Shown here piece after piece: positions 11,901 through 23,237 of a stretch of 64,000 bases of DNA; the first letter of the stretch is position 1; every line of letters starts with the position of its first letter. Source of the DNA: an uncultured Spirochaetota bacterium (lineage in GTDB: Bacteria; Spirochaetota; Spirochaetia; SZUA-6; Fen-1364). Where the stretch lies: positions 320,001-384,000 of the forward strand of contig CAVTHO010000004.1 in the NCBI GenBank assembly GCA_963734545.1. Direction: 5' to 3'. The translations under genes were made by a program, and so were the position numbers. The notes beneath the pieces are model-generated. The model did not search any database, was not told the origin of the DNA, and worked only from the letters and a program-made list of their open reading frames with translations.

Positions 11901-14900
11901 TCACCGTGCTGCTGGCAGAGGTGAAGAGCGCCACGTTCCAGTTGCCTCCCACGCTGATGGTCTCCGTACCCGTCGCCGTCAGGCTCCCTGCTCCCGTCAG
12001 GTTGCCTCCCACGCTCAGCGCATCTCCGTTGCTGCTCCACGTGCCCGCTGTCAGCGTCAGCGCCCCACCGATGTTCGCCACACCAGTGGCCCCCGCCGCC
12101 TGCTGATATGTCTTGCCTCCCGCGTTCAGCGTCACTCCGCTGAAGCTCTGCGAGTTGCTGCTCACCGTGAATGGCCCTGCACCGCTCGCCCCCGTGAAGC
12201 TCACCGTGCTGCTGGCAGCGGTGAAGAGCGCCACGTTCCAGTTGCCTCCCACGCTGATGGCCTCAGCGCCGCTGGCTGTCAGAGCGTTCCCCGTCAGGTT
12301 CCCTCCCACACTCAGATTGTGCACCCCCAGCCCCAGCGTCCCCCCTGAGATCAACAGGTTCCCCGTTGCCTCCACCGCGCTGGCCATGCTCCCCCCGTTG
12401 TTCAACGTCAGATTGTTGAACGGGTCCACCCCTATCCCCTTGGTCGTGATGCCGGGCACCGCTCGAGCTCAGCACCACCGTCGAGCTGCCCGCCTGGAAC
12501 GTGAAGCTCCCCCCCGAGGAGTTCCACCCTCCCGCTATGCTGTGCGTGTACGTCGAGGCCCCCGCCACCCACGTGCCCGCAGTCATGCTCAACGCCCCGC
12601 TCACCGTCAGCCCGCCCGTGGAGCTCACCTGCGCTGCACCCGCCCCCTTGTTCAGCGTCAGATTGTTGAAGCTCAATCCCCCAAGACTCACCGGCGTGGC
12701 CGTCCCGTTCATCACCACCGTCGAGGAGGCTGCCGTGAAGGCTGTCGGCGTGAAGCTTCCCCCCACCGTGATGGTCTCCGTACCCGTCGCCGTCAGGCTC
12801 CCCGCCCCTGTCAGGTCCGCCGTCACGGTGAAGCTCAAGTTATTCGTGCTCACCGCGGCCCCGAGGCTTATGGTCACATTCGCCACTGTCTCGGCTGTTG
12901 TCAGGGTGGCCGGCTGGCTCCCCACGTTGGCAATCGTGACGCTGTCCTTGGGGTTCGGAACGTAGCCTGGGTTCCAGTTCGACGGGACATTCCAATTCGT
13001 GCTCGTGGCTCCCGTCCACGTCAGGGAACCTGCGGGAAAGTCCCACCCTGGCGCGGGCGGTGCCAGCGTGTTGCCGCCGCTGTCCTGGCTCGTGACAGGA
13101 GTGATGGTGTTGGCTCCTGTGACGTGGCTGTCCTGAACCATCGCGTATGTAACAGAGGAGCTGGCGCTCGGGTTGATTGTCCAGAAAAGACCGGGGTTCA
13201 GACTGATCAGGCTTACCAGGTTTCCAGAGACGCCGGTAATCGTCAGAGTACCGCCGATGGTCTGCGTGGTGCCGTTGGCGAACTGCAGGGTCTTGCCCGA
13301 TACTGTGCACGTGAAATTGTTGAAAGTCGTGCTGCCCGAAATGGTCGATGTGCCCGACCCCGTGAAGCTCACCGTGCTGGTGGCAGCGGTGAAGACCGCA
13401 ACGTTCCAGTTGCCTCCCACGCTGATGGTCTCCGTCCCCGTCGCTGTCAGGCTCCCTGCTCCCGTCAGGTTGCCCCCCACGCTCAGCGCATCTCCGTTGC
13501 TGCTCCACGTGCCCGCTGTCAGCGTCAGCGCCCCACCGATGTTCGCCACACCCGTGGCCCCCGCCGCCTGCTGATATGTCTTGCCTCCCGCGTTCAGCGT
13601 CACTCCGCTGAAGCTCTGCGAGTTGCTGCTCACCGTGAATGGCCCTGCACCGCTCGTCCCCGTGAAGCTCACCGTGCTGGTGGCAGCGGTGAAGAGCGCC
13701 ACGTTCCAGTTGCCCCCCACGCTGATGGCCTCAGCGCCGCTGGCTGTCAGAGCGTTCCCCGTCAGGTTCCCTCCCACACTCAGATTGTGCACCCCCAGCC
13801 CCAGCGTCCCCCCTGAGATCAACAGGTTCCCCGTTGCCTCCACCGCGCTGGCCATGCTCCCCCCGTTGTTCAACGTCAGATTGTTGAACGGGTCCACCCC
13901 TATCCCCTTGGTCGTGATGCTGGGCACCGCTCCGCTCAGCACCACCGTCGAGCTGCCCGCCGTAAACGTGAAGCTCCCCCCCGAGGAGTTCCACCCTCCC
14001 GCTATACTGTGCGTGTACGTCGAGGCTCCCGCCACCCACGTGCCCGCAGTCATGCTCAACGCCCCGCTCACCGTCAGCCCGCCCGTGGAGCTCACCTGCG
14101 CTGCACCCGCCCCCTTGTTCAGCGTCAGATTGTTGAAGCTCAATCCCCCAAGACTCACCGGCGTGGCCGCCCCGTTCATCACCACCGTCGAGGAGGCTGC
14201 CGTGAAGGCTGTCGGCGTGAAGCTTCCCCCTACGCTGATGGTCTCCGTCCCCGTCGCTGTCAGGCTCCCTGCCCCTGTCAGGTTGCCCCCCACGCTCAGC
14301 GCATCTCCGTTGCTGCTCCACGTGCCCGCTGTCAGCGTCAGCGCCCCACCGATGTTCGCCACACCCGTGGCCCCGGCCGCCTGCTGATATGTCTTGCCTC
14401 CCGCGTTCAGCGTCACTCCGCTGAAGCTCTGCGAGTTGCTGCTCACCGTGAATGGCCCTGCACCGCTCGCCCCCGTGAAGCTCACCGTGCTGGTGGCAGG
14501 GGTGAAGAGCGCCACGTTCCAGTTGCCCCCCACGCTGATGGCCTCAACGCCGCTGGCTGTCAGAGCGTTCCCCGTCAGGTTCCCTCCCACGCTCAGATTG
14601 TGCACCCCCAGCCCCAGCGTCCCCCCTGAGATCAACAGGTTCCCCGTTGCCTCCACCGCGCTGGCCATGCTCCCCCCGTTGTTCAACGTCAGATTGTTGA
14701 ACGGGTCCACCCCTATCCCCTTGGTCGTGATGCTGGGCACCGCTCCGCTCAGCACCACCGTCGAGCTGCCCGCCGTAAACGTGAAGCTCCCCCCCGAGGA
14801 GTTCCACCCTCCCGCTATGCTGTGCGTGTACGTCGAGGCCCCCGCCACCCACGTGCCCGCAGTCATGCTCAACGCCCCGCTCACCGTCAGCCCGCCCGTG

Positions 14901-17743
14901 GAGCTCACCTGCGCTGCACCCGCTCCCTTGTTCAGCGTCAGATTGTTGAAGCTCAATCCCCCAAGACTCACCGGCGTGGCCGCCCCGTTCATCACCACCG
15001 TCGAGGAGGCTGCCGTGAAGGCTGTCGGCGTGAAGCTTCCCCCTACGCTGATGGTCTCCGTCCCCGTCGCTGTCAGGCTCCCTGCTCCCGTCAGGTTGCC
15101 CCCCACGCTCAGCGCATCTCCGTTGCTGCTCCATGTGCCCGCTGTCAGTGTCAGCGCCCCACCGATGTTCGCCACACCCGTGGCCCCGGCCGCCTGCTGA
15201 TATGTCTTGCCTCCCGCGTTCAGCGTCACTCCGCTGAAGCTCTGCGAGTTGCTGCTCACCGTGAATGGCCCTGCACCGCTCGCCCCCGTGAAGCTCACCG
15301 TGCTGGTGGCAGGGGTGAAGAGCGCCACGTTCCAGTTGCCCCCCACGCTGATGGCCTCAGCGCCGCTGGCTGTCAGGCTCCCCGCTCCTGTCAGGTCTCC
15401 CGCTACACTCAATCCCTGCCCGCTGGTGCTCAGTGTCCCTGCGGAGATGCTCAAGGAATCGACAGTCAACGCGTCCAATAGAACTACGTTTGTGCCGGCC
15501 GTCTGCACACTCACGGCACCCAGGTTGTTCGTGCCCGACGTGAGGTTCTGAGTCGTTCCGCCGTTGAATGTGAAAGTCCCTGCCCCCTTGGTGTAGCCGC
15601 CGACCGCAAAGCTGACGAGCCCCGTTACGGAGATATTGCCGCCCCCGGAAGCATTCAGAACCCCTGAAGAAACAGTGAGGCCTCCGCTGAAAGTGACGCT
15701 GCCCGCGACGGTGAGGCTCTGCGCGCCTGTTATGAGCTGGCCGCCTCCTATGGAGAGAGCGCTGATCGTGACGCCGCCGGCAGGCACCTGGGGATACAGC
15801 CGGCCTCCCACGACAGCGGGAATCGTGACAGAATCCCCGTAGCCGGGGACCCCCGAGCCGCTCGGATTGGACCAGTTGTTCGTATCTGTCCATGTCGAGG
15901 TCCCCACGGTGTTCCCCGTCCAGGTGAACGCCCCGGGCGCTGCGAATACCCACTTCCCTGTTGTGCCGGTAGTCTCATTTCCGGAGACATTGATGCTGTT
16001 CGTTGCCGTGATATCGCGGTTGGCTGACGTCACGGTGCCATCCTGCACTGCAACAAAGGAAACGTTCTTGTTCGCGGTTATCGCAAATGTCCAGGGGCTT
16101 CCCGCGGTCGTGCTCTGCAGCCGGATGTAGTTCCCCAGGGCGCCCGTTATCGTGAGCGCCCCATTGACCGTCTGAGTCTGTCCTGCCGCGAACTGGATCG
16201 TCTTTCCCGCCGTTGTGCATGCAAAGCCGTTGAACGTGGTGGCTCCGAGCACCTGGGAAGTCCCGGTGGAGATGAACGTGACCGTTCCCGCCCCGGGCGT
16301 AAACGTGCCCCCGGCGCTGTTGTCCCAATTGCCGCCCACCTGGATCCCGTTCCCTCCCGTGCTCATCGCCGAGCCTGCCCCGAACGCGAGGTTGTTGTTG
16401 ACGACGATCGCGCCGCCGAGCGCAAAGGTCTGCCCTGTTCCCGAAAGGCTCATGTTGAAGAACGAGGGGAGCCGTACTGTTCCTGCCGCCGCGCCCACCG
16501 CGTACGTCACGGTGCCGTGCGTCGTATCCATGGTGGTGATCGACTGCGTGGCCTGCGTGCCGTCGAGCTGGATCATCCCCTGGTTGCTCAACGTGGTGAT
16601 GGTGAAGTTCTGGCTGCCCATATTGACGCTGTCCGTGGACGCGCTCGTGGTCAGGGTGGCTGCCCCCGTGGCGTTGACGTTGAGCGCATTCGGTCCGCCC
16701 GCCCCGTTCGTCACCACCTGCAGGCCCGTGCTTCCGGAAACCGTCAACCTGTTGAATGCCGCGCCGTTGACGTATTCGGTGGGTGATCCGCCGCCGTTGA
16801 ATACTACCGTCCCCCCATTGGCCGCGAATATCCCTGTTGCCCCGGCAGCGCCGACATCGGCGACAATGGAGGCGTCGTACAGGAAAAGGCTTCCCCCGAA
16901 GGTAGTCGTGGTGCTCGAGGCGGTGAACGCGCCGGCACCTGTCACGTTGCCATTCAAGGTGAGGGTGCCGGACCCTGCGGTCAGCGCGGGCTTTGCCGGC
17001 AGCGCGCTTCCCGGCCCGGCGACCCCGTCCTTTCTCCAGTCGTTGAGAAGCATCGTCGTGCCGTTGATCGTGATGGCTCCCGTGCCGCCCTGCAGAATTC
17101 CGCCGAAGCCGCCCTGCCCGCCGTCGATCTGCAGCGCGGCCGCGGTCAGCGTGCGCGTGCCCGTGGACAGGGTTCCATCGTGCACACACAACGTGCCATT
17201 GACCGTGAGATTGCCCGGCAGGGTCCATGTCGTGGTGAGGTCATTGTCCAGCTCGACGTTGTAGTAGGTCAGCCCGAGCGGAGCGGCGCCCAGGGCAGCG
17301 CCCGGATGATACCGCACGGTACCGGAGGTGGTGACAAAAACGAAACCGGCCCCGTTTATGGTTTCCGTCCCCAGCAGGCTGAGCACGCCGGTTCCTTCGA
17401 CGTGCGCCCAGTTGAAGCCCGTGCCGAGGATGGTGAGGGCGCCGTTGATCGTCACGCTGGAGCCGTTCAGGTCGAGACTCGCATTCGCGTTGATCGTAAG
17501 GCTTCTCATCGTCGTGCCGCCGGGAACAACGGGGTACACGCCGTTGGTATTGTTCTGGATCACGATGTCATCCGTCCCCACCGGGGCGATTCCACCCACC
17601 CAGTTGGTCCCCGTGGCCCAGGTCGTCGAGACGGTTGTGCTGCTCCAGGTCCTGGTGGCCGCGCTCAGAGGTCCCGCAAGACACAGCAGAAGAGCGCCGG
17701 CAAGAATTGCCACAAGACCTTTTGTTCCTCTGCGTGGCGACAT
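5902..17743 (-). CDS. Giant (~3950 aa) exported repetitive beta-solenoid adhesin-like protein with C-terminal FlgD-Ig/T9SS-like tail; several frameshifts
   Basis: Signal peptide MSPRRGTKGLVAILAGALLLCLAGPLSA at 17743. Gly/Thr/Ser/Asn-rich repeats continue across ORFs 12263-17923, 11122-12459, 9170-11440, 6174-9716 and 5902-6618. Ends WDGKNRGGRPVARGIYFIRVVGPGFDEMRKVLVVR. Confidence 0.85.
8155..15400 (-). repeat. Intragenic near-identical tandem repeat array: modules of 300 bp and ~513-516 bp, with a unique spacer at ~12830-13355
   Basis: Periods of 813 bp (13581/14394/15207), 300 bp (11513/11813/12113) and ~517 bp (9234/9752/10269) are visible in the DNA and the ORF track. Confidence 0.95.
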
Positions 17744-17784
17744 CAAGTACTCCAAAGTATAGCCACAGAAGGCCTTGCACACCA

Positions 17785-17813
17785 TGGACAGGTTTGAAAA
17801 CCTTACGTATGTT
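17785..17813 (+). promoter_or_regulatory. sigma70-like promoter, probably leaderless
   Basis: TGGACA-17 nt-TATGTT, 6 nt before ATG 17820, no SD. Divergent from the giant gene, which has TATACT at 17756-17761 on the minus strand. Confidence 0.5.
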
Positions 17814-17819
17814 TGAGCC

Positions 17820-18362
17820 ATGCAGCTGCGTGCGGTGCTGCTGTCTGCAATCCTCTGCCTCACGGCTCTCGGCCTCGCGGCCCAGGCGGCGGACCCGGGA
17901 CAAAAGCCCACCGTGGCTCTCACTGAAGGACCCTACTACAAGGCAGGCTCCCCTGAGCGCAGGGATCTCGCCGGCGCCGGCTCCCCGGGCCGGCACATCA
18001 GCATCAGCGGCACCGTCTTCGACCTGGGCGGCAGACCGATTGCCGGGGCGTGGCTCGACTTCTGGCAGGCAGACGCCGCGGGTCGATACGACAACAGCGG
18101 GTTCCAGTTCCGCGGACACCAGCTTGCGGACCCCGCGGGACGCTACGTCCTGAACACGGTGATCCCCGGCGAGTACCCCGGCAGGACGCAGCACATCCAC
18201 GTCAAGCTGCGCGCGCCGGGAGGAAAGACTTTCACCACGCAGATATTCTTCCCCGGCAGCGCGGGAAACTCATCGGACCCCATCTTCGACAGGAGCCTCG
18301 TCATCTCGATGAGCGCGGATGCCAGGAACGGTCAGATCGATTTCGTGATACCCGGTCCCTGA
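17820..18362 (+). CDS. Exported intradiol ring-cleavage dioxygenase-like protein
   Basis: Signal peptide. EGPYY, WQADAAGRYD and IPGEYPGRTQHIH supply the Tyr/Tyr/His/His iron ligand set. Confidence 0.8.
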   Translation: MQLRAVLLSAILCLTALGLAAQAADPGQKPTVALTEGPYYKAGSPERRDLAGAGSPGRHISISGTVFDLGGRPIAGAWLDFWQADAAGRYDNSGFQFRGHQLADPAGRYVLNTVIPGEYPGRTQHIHVKLRAPGGKTFTTQIFFPGSAGNSSDPIFDRSLVISMSADARNGQIDFVIPGP

Positions 18363-19621
18363 TGGACACACAGGACAATACAGCGTCGCCTGCGGATATC
18401 GCCGCGGGGGACCCGGGGGACTTCTCCGTTCACCCGCGGTACGTACGCAAGGCGCTTCGCAGCTCGCCGCTCATAGACTCGTTTCTCTGCTGCCGTTTTT
18501 CGTTTTCTCCCTACATGGCGTGCGGCCACGGCTGCCGCTATTGCGACGGCCGCGCGGAGAAGTACTGGGTGGAGGGCGACTTCGAGCGGGACATCGTGGT
18601 CCGCTCGAATCTTCCCCGCCTTTTGCGGCAGGAGCTGCCGCGGCTCCGCGAGCGCGCCCCCGTCGCCATTGGCTCCGGGATCACCGACGCATACCAGCCC
18701 CTCGAGAGAAGACAGGGGCTGATGCGCGAATGCGCGGCCGTCCTTGCAGACCACGCACTTCCCGTGAGCCTTCTCACCAAGTCGTCGCTCGTTTCACGCG
18801 ATATCGATCTGTGGGAAAAGGTGAACAGGAGCTCCCGCTTCATCCTGTACATGTCCATCGCAACCCTGGATGAAACCGTGCGTCGACGGTTCGAGCCGGG
18901 CGCGAGCCCGATCGCGGAGCGGCTGGAAACTCTCCGCGCGTTCAGGAAGCAGGGCATTGCGATCGGGGTCATGGCCATCCCCCTTCTCCCCTTCATCTCG
19001 GACGGAGAGCAGGATATCCGCGCCCTGGTGGAAACGCTGAAGGACGCCGGCGCCGCCTTTGTCATGCCCGGCGGGCTGACGCTTCGCCCGGGACGGCAGA
19101 AAGACTTCTACATGACACATCTTGCCGAAGACTACCCGAACCTCGTGGCGCGGTATCGTGAGACATACTCAGAAGAGCGCCAATCAGGAGCGTGCACGAG
19201 GAAGTACCGTGACGGCCTTACGGACCGGATTGCGTCCGCCACGAGGGACACGGGGGTTCCTTTCCTGCTTCCCCACGCGCTGTACCGGGGATGTGTTCCC
19301 CTGTACGACGAGCTGTATCTCCTGCTTCAACACATGGCGGAGCTCTATTCAGCCCGGGGAGTCCCCGTGGCCGGCCTGAAGAGCGCCACCCGGCGCTACG
19401 CAGACTGGCTATTAATGAAAAAGAGAATCTTCAATAAAAAGCGATCACTGCGTCAGGAGGACCTGGAGGAAGAGACACGCGCGCTCTTCGGCAGCGGCGG
19501 CAGCCAAGATCTGCTGAAGAACGAGAAACTGGCCGGCTTCCTGCGCGAGGTCGCACTCGAGAGGCGGGTGTTCGACTATCTCACCCTGTCCCTGTCACCG
19601 CCGTCGCTTCCCGCCGCCTGA
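18362..19621 (+). CDS. Radical SAM protein (SplB/Rv2578c-like)
   Basis: PYMACGHGCRYC (CxxxCxxC), TDAYQPLE, LTKS, RFEPGAS. TGATG overlap with the upstream gene. Confidence 0.8.
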   Translation: MDTQDNTASPADIAAGDPGDFSVHPRYVRKALRSSPLIDSFLCCRFSFSPYMACGHGCRYCDGRAEKYWVEGDFERDIVVRSNLPRLLRQELPRLRERAPVAIGSGITDAYQPLERRQGLMRECAAVLADHALPVSLLTKSSLVSRDIDLWEKVNRSSRFILYMSIATLDETVRRRFEPGASPIAERLETLRAFRKQGIAIGVMAIPLLPFISDGEQDIRALVETLKDAGAAFVMPGGLTLRPGRQKDFYMTHLAEDYPNLVARYRETYSEERQSGACTRKYRDGLTDRIASATRDTGVPFLLPHALYRGCVPLYDELYLLLQHMAELYSARGVPVAGLKSATRRYADWLLMKKRIFNKKRSLRQEDLEEETRALFGSGGSQDLLKNEKLAGFLREVALERRVFDYLTLSLSPPSLPAA

Positions 19622-19703
19622 AACGCCGATCGCCGCCGCCTCACGCGCCGATCCACGCCGCCCGAAACAGCCGACTCTGCCGCTGCCCGCTGACAGCCCA
19701 GGG

Positions 19704-20435
19704 CTACTTCCGCGGCGGCTGGGATGGGCGGAGCTCGATACGGCTCGCCAGCGATCCGCGCGGGAAACTGAAGAGGTCCACCACTGCCTTCGCGATGTCC
19801 TCCGCGGAAAGTTTCCAGGTCTCTTTCTGTTTCGTTCCCGGGTCAGACCCGAAGTCCGTGGCAACGCTTCCCGGCATGATCGTGCTCACCCGGATGCCGT
19901 CATAGCGGACGTCCTGCATCATCGCCTCGGTGAAGCCATTCAGGCCGAACTTGGACGCGTTGTAGGCGCTGCCGCCCGGGAACGTATTGACTGCCGCGAG
20001 GCTGGAGACGTTGAAGATGTACCCGCCGCCGCGGCTGCGCATGAGAGGAATTGCCTCCCTGCTGCAATAGAAGACCGCGGAGAGGTTCGTTTCGATCGTT
20101 GCCGCCCATTCTTCGGGTGTGAGCTGGTCAACGGGCTTGAAGATGCCGATGCCGGCATTGTTCACCAGGATGTCCAGGCCGCCGAAACACTCCGCGGCCC
20201 GGGCCACGACTTTCCGGCAGTCGTCATAGCGACGCACGTCCGCTGCGGCGCCGTCGATCCGGTCAGCCCTGCCGGGGCCTGCGAGCTCTGTGACCGCGCT
20301 CTTCACCGTGGAGGCATCCCGGCCGCAGATGAATACCTTCGCGCCTTCTTGAAGAAGAGCCTCCGCGATTGCATACCCGATTCCCCTCCCGCCGCCGGTC
20401 ACGAGGGCCACCTTGTCCTTCAGTTCGTTCGACAT
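19704..20435 (-). CDS. SDR family oxidoreductase
   Basis: TGGGRGIG, NNAG, YNASK motifs. Confidence 0.9.
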   Translation of the reverse strand: MSNELKDKVALVTGGGRGIGYAIAEALLQEGAKVFICGRDASTVKSAVTELAGPGRADRIDGAAADVRRYDDCRKVVARAAECFGGLDILVNNAGIGIFKPVDQLTPEEWAATIETNLSAVFYCSREAIPLMRSRGGGYIFNVSSLAAVNTFPGGSAYNASKFGLNGFTEAMMQDVRYDGIRVSTIMPGSVATDFGSDPGTKQKETWKLSAEDIAKAVVDLFSFPRGSLASRIELRPSQPPRK

Positions 20436-20500
20436 GGCCCTAAGATACGGAAGCACGGCATCTTTGACTATTGCGACCGCTGGCGGCACATTCGATGTCG

Positions 20501-21154
20501 ATGTCGAGTCACGCCTCCCGGGCCCTTACAACAGCCTCCCTCCACATGGGCGCCCGGGCGCTGCAGGACAGGGACCAGGACCTGGCCCGGATTGTGAAGA
20601 GGCTTGGTGTGCCTCCCCTGTGGGGACGTCGGCCCGGTTTTCCCACGCTCGTTCGCATCATCCTCGAGCAGCAGGTATCGCTGGCCGCGGCGAGGTCCCT
20701 GTACCGCCGGCTCCTCGGCCGGCTGGGAGACATGACCGCGGAAAGCATGTGCGCCATGGGAGAGCGCGGCCTTCGGGAGTTCGGCCTTACCCGGCAGAAG
20801 GCCCGGTACTGTCACGGGCTTGCCGCCCGGATCGTCGAGGGGAGCCTCGACCTCTCCGCAGTGGCCGCTCTTCCAGACGCGGCAGGACGCTCAATCCTGT
20901 TGTCGATTCCAGGTCTGGGGCCCTGGAGCGTCGACATCTACTATCTAATGGCCCTGCGTAGACCCGACGTGTGGCCCGAGGGCGACCTGGCGCTGGCATC
21001 CGCGCTCCGAGAAGTGAAGCGCATGCGCGACCTTCCGAGCCGGGAGAATCAACGGGCAATTGCCGCCCGATGGTCCCCCTGGCGCTCCGTGGCGGCACGT
21101 CTCTTGTGGGCGCACTACCTGGAAGCGCGGGGGCAATACTCACCCCGGCCATAG
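20501..21154 (+). CDS. DNA-3-methyladenine glycosylase II family (HhH-GPD, AlkA-like)
   Basis: IILEQQVSLAAA, LLSIPGLGPWS, DVWPEGDLAL, WSPWRS. Start could be 20495 or 20501. Confidence 0.85.
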   Translation: MSSHASRALTTASLHMGARALQDRDQDLARIVKRLGVPPLWGRRPGFPTLVRIILEQQVSLAAARSLYRRLLGRLGDMTAESMCAMGERGLREFGLTRQKARYCHGLAARIVEGSLDLSAVAALPDAAGRSILLSIPGLGPWSVDIYYLMALRRPDVWPEGDLALASALREVKRMRDLPSRENQRAIAARWSPWRSVAARLLWAHYLEARGQYSPRP

Positions 21155-21262
21155 CGAAATCAGCCTTGTTTTCTCTAAAACTGGAAGAAAAAAAATTACA
21201 TGGTATAGTTCCTCCAGTAATCTCGCTTTAAATGATTCTGCCAAATCAACAAGGAGCTCAGA

Positions 21263-23167
21263 ATGGGTCGTCAGGTACTCGCAGAGGTAGTTGGCGTCGA
21301 CAAAGATCTGTGCAAGAACTGCCACGCATGTATTGCCGCGTGCCCTGTCAAGTACTGCAACGACGGGAGCGGCGAGTTCATCAAGATCAACCAGGAGATG
21401 TGCATCGGATGCGGCTCGTGCCTCGCAGCCTGCACCCACGGAGCGCGCCATTCCATCGATGATTTCCCTGCATTCATCAAGGCTCTGCGAGCCGGTCAGA
21501 AGATTGTCGCCGTGGTGGCGCCCGCGGTCGCCGCGAATTTTCCCGGAATGTACCTCCGCCTGAACGGCTGGCTGAAAAGCATCGGGGTCAAGGCCCTCTT
21601 CGACGTGAGCTTCGGCGCCGAGCTGACCGTCCACTCGTACCTGGAGCACGTAAGGAAGAACGGCCCCCGGCTGGTGATCGCCCAGCCGTGCCCCGCCATC
21701 GTCACGTACCTCCAGGTCTACCAGCCCGACCTGGTTGCCCATCTCGCTCCGGCGGACAGCCCGATGCTCCACACCATCAAATGGGTGAAGGATTTCCACC
21801 CTGAGTACAGGACGCACAAGTTCGCGGTTATCTCCCCCTGCATCGCGAAGAAGAGGGAATTCATGGAGACAGGGCTGGGAGACTACAACATCACCTTCGT
21901 TTCCCTCGAGAAGCATTTCCAGGACAACAAGATCGATCTGCGCAAGTATCCCGAGGCGGGATTCGACTCACCGGCGCCCGAGAGGGCCGTGCTGTTCTCC
22001 ACCCCGGGTGGATTGCTGCAGACGGCGGAGCGCTGGAATCCGGGCATTCGGGGAATGACGAGAAAGATCGAGGGGCCGGAGACGATCTACGAATACTTCT
22101 CCCGCCTGCCCGAAGCGCTTTCAAAGGGAGTCTCGCCCACCGTGATCGACTGCCTCAACTGCGTGGGCGGGTGCAATGGGGGGACCGGGACCTCCTCCCG
22201 GCACAGGGCGCACGACGAGCTGGAGCACTGGGTCGAGAGAAGGAGCCGGGATGCGCAGAAGCACTACCGCGGGAGGAAGAAGATCGAGAAGACGGTCAGG
22301 AAGCACTGGAAAAGCGGGCTGTACGATCGGAAGTATCACGATCTGAAGGGCAACAATCAGATCAGGATACCCGACAAGGCGGAGCTGAAAACCGTCTATG
22401 AGTCCATGCGGAAGTTCTCCGACCAGGACATCTACAACTGCAACTCCTGCGGGTACAAGAGATGCGAATCCATGGCAACCGCGATATTCAACGGCGTGAA
22501 CAGGCCCGAGAACTGCCATCACTACTTCAATGGCAACATGCTGGAACAGGAGATCCAGAAGGCGGAGAGCGAAGCGGAGAAGGCGAAGATCGCCCTGGAG
22601 GAAACGGAAAGAATGAAGCAGGTCGTGGATGAGAAGTTCCAGGAAAACCTGCGGAAGGCGCAGACAATTTCCGACCTGCTCGGCAGGATGGAGAACGGTA
22701 ATGCGGCGGTCTCCGAGACATCCGAGAAGCTCGTGGCGCTGTTCAACGAGCTGAACGTCGGACTGAAAGAGCTGGTCCAGAAGGTGAACAGCTCGTCCTC
22801 GACGGTGGAGAGCTTCGATCCCATTGTCCAGTCGATCATCAAGATGGCGGACCAGACGAACCTCCTGTCCCTCAACGCGAGCATTGAAGCGGCGCGGGCG
22901 GGAGAGCACGGCCGCGGGTTCGCCGTGGTTGCGGACGAAGTAGGCAAGCTGGCGGATGACTCCAAGGACGAGATACTCAAGATCAGGCCATACTCGACCG
23001 AGCTGAAGAAGATGTTCCAGGAAATGATGCAGCTCGTCTCCACGGTGGTGGGCAAGTTCGCCACGACTGCCGCAACGGTAAATGAGGTGCGGAAGTCCAC
23101 CATGGGCATCGTCTCGGCCACCGCCGAGGTGAAGAACGAGATGGGCTACCTGGTGACGAAAGGCTGA
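21263..23167 (+). CDS. Sensory group C [FeFe]-hydrogenase fused to a methyl-accepting chemotaxis signalling domain
   Basis: Two CxxCxxCxxxC ferredoxin motifs. H-cluster motifs [27 protein letters not shown]. FeS motif [13 protein letters not shown] hairpin [38 protein letters not shown] and extended -10 TGGTATAGT at 21201. Confidence 0.9.
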   Translation: MGRQVLAEVVGVDKDLCKNCHACIAACPVKYCNDGSGEFIKINQEMCIGCGSCLAACTHGARHSIDDFPAFIKALRAGQKIVAVVAPAVAANFPGMYLRLNGWLKSIGVKALFDVSFGAELTVHSYLEHVRKNGPRLVIAQPCPAIVTYLQVYQPDLVAHLAPADSPMLHTIKWVKDFHPEYRTHKFAVISPCIAKKREFMETGLGDYNITFVSLEKHFQDNKIDLRKYPEAGFDSPAPERAVLFSTPGGLLQTAERWNPGIRGMTRKIEGPETIYEYFSRLPEALSKGVSPTVIDCLNCVGGCNGGTGTSSRHRAHDELEHWVERRSRDAQKHYRGRKKIEKTVRKHWKSGLYDRKYHDLKGNNQIRIPDKAELKTVYESMRKFSDQDIYNCNSCGYKRCESMATAIFNGVNRPENCHHYFNGNMLEQEIQKAESEAEKAKIALEETERMKQVVDEKFQENLRKAQTISDLLGRMENGNAAVSETSEKLVALFNELNVGLKELVQKVNSSSSTVESFDPIVQSIIKMADQTNLLSLNASIEAARAGEHGRGFAVVADEVGKLADDSKDEILKIRPYSTELKKMFQEMMQLVSTVVGKFATTAATVNEVRKSTMGIVSATAEVKNEMGYLVTKG

Positions 23168-23237
23168 GGACGGGGTCTGAGCCGGGAGACTCAGCGGGTG
23201 ATTGCCGATGCGGGCGCGGGAGCGATAGCTTTCTCCC

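Noticed and set aside
8155-15400. Repeat array as CRISPR, DGR or mobile element
   Set aside because: Units are 300-813 bp in-frame coding repeats with no unique spacers, no evident adenine-specific mismatch pattern, and no cas, RT or transposase gene.
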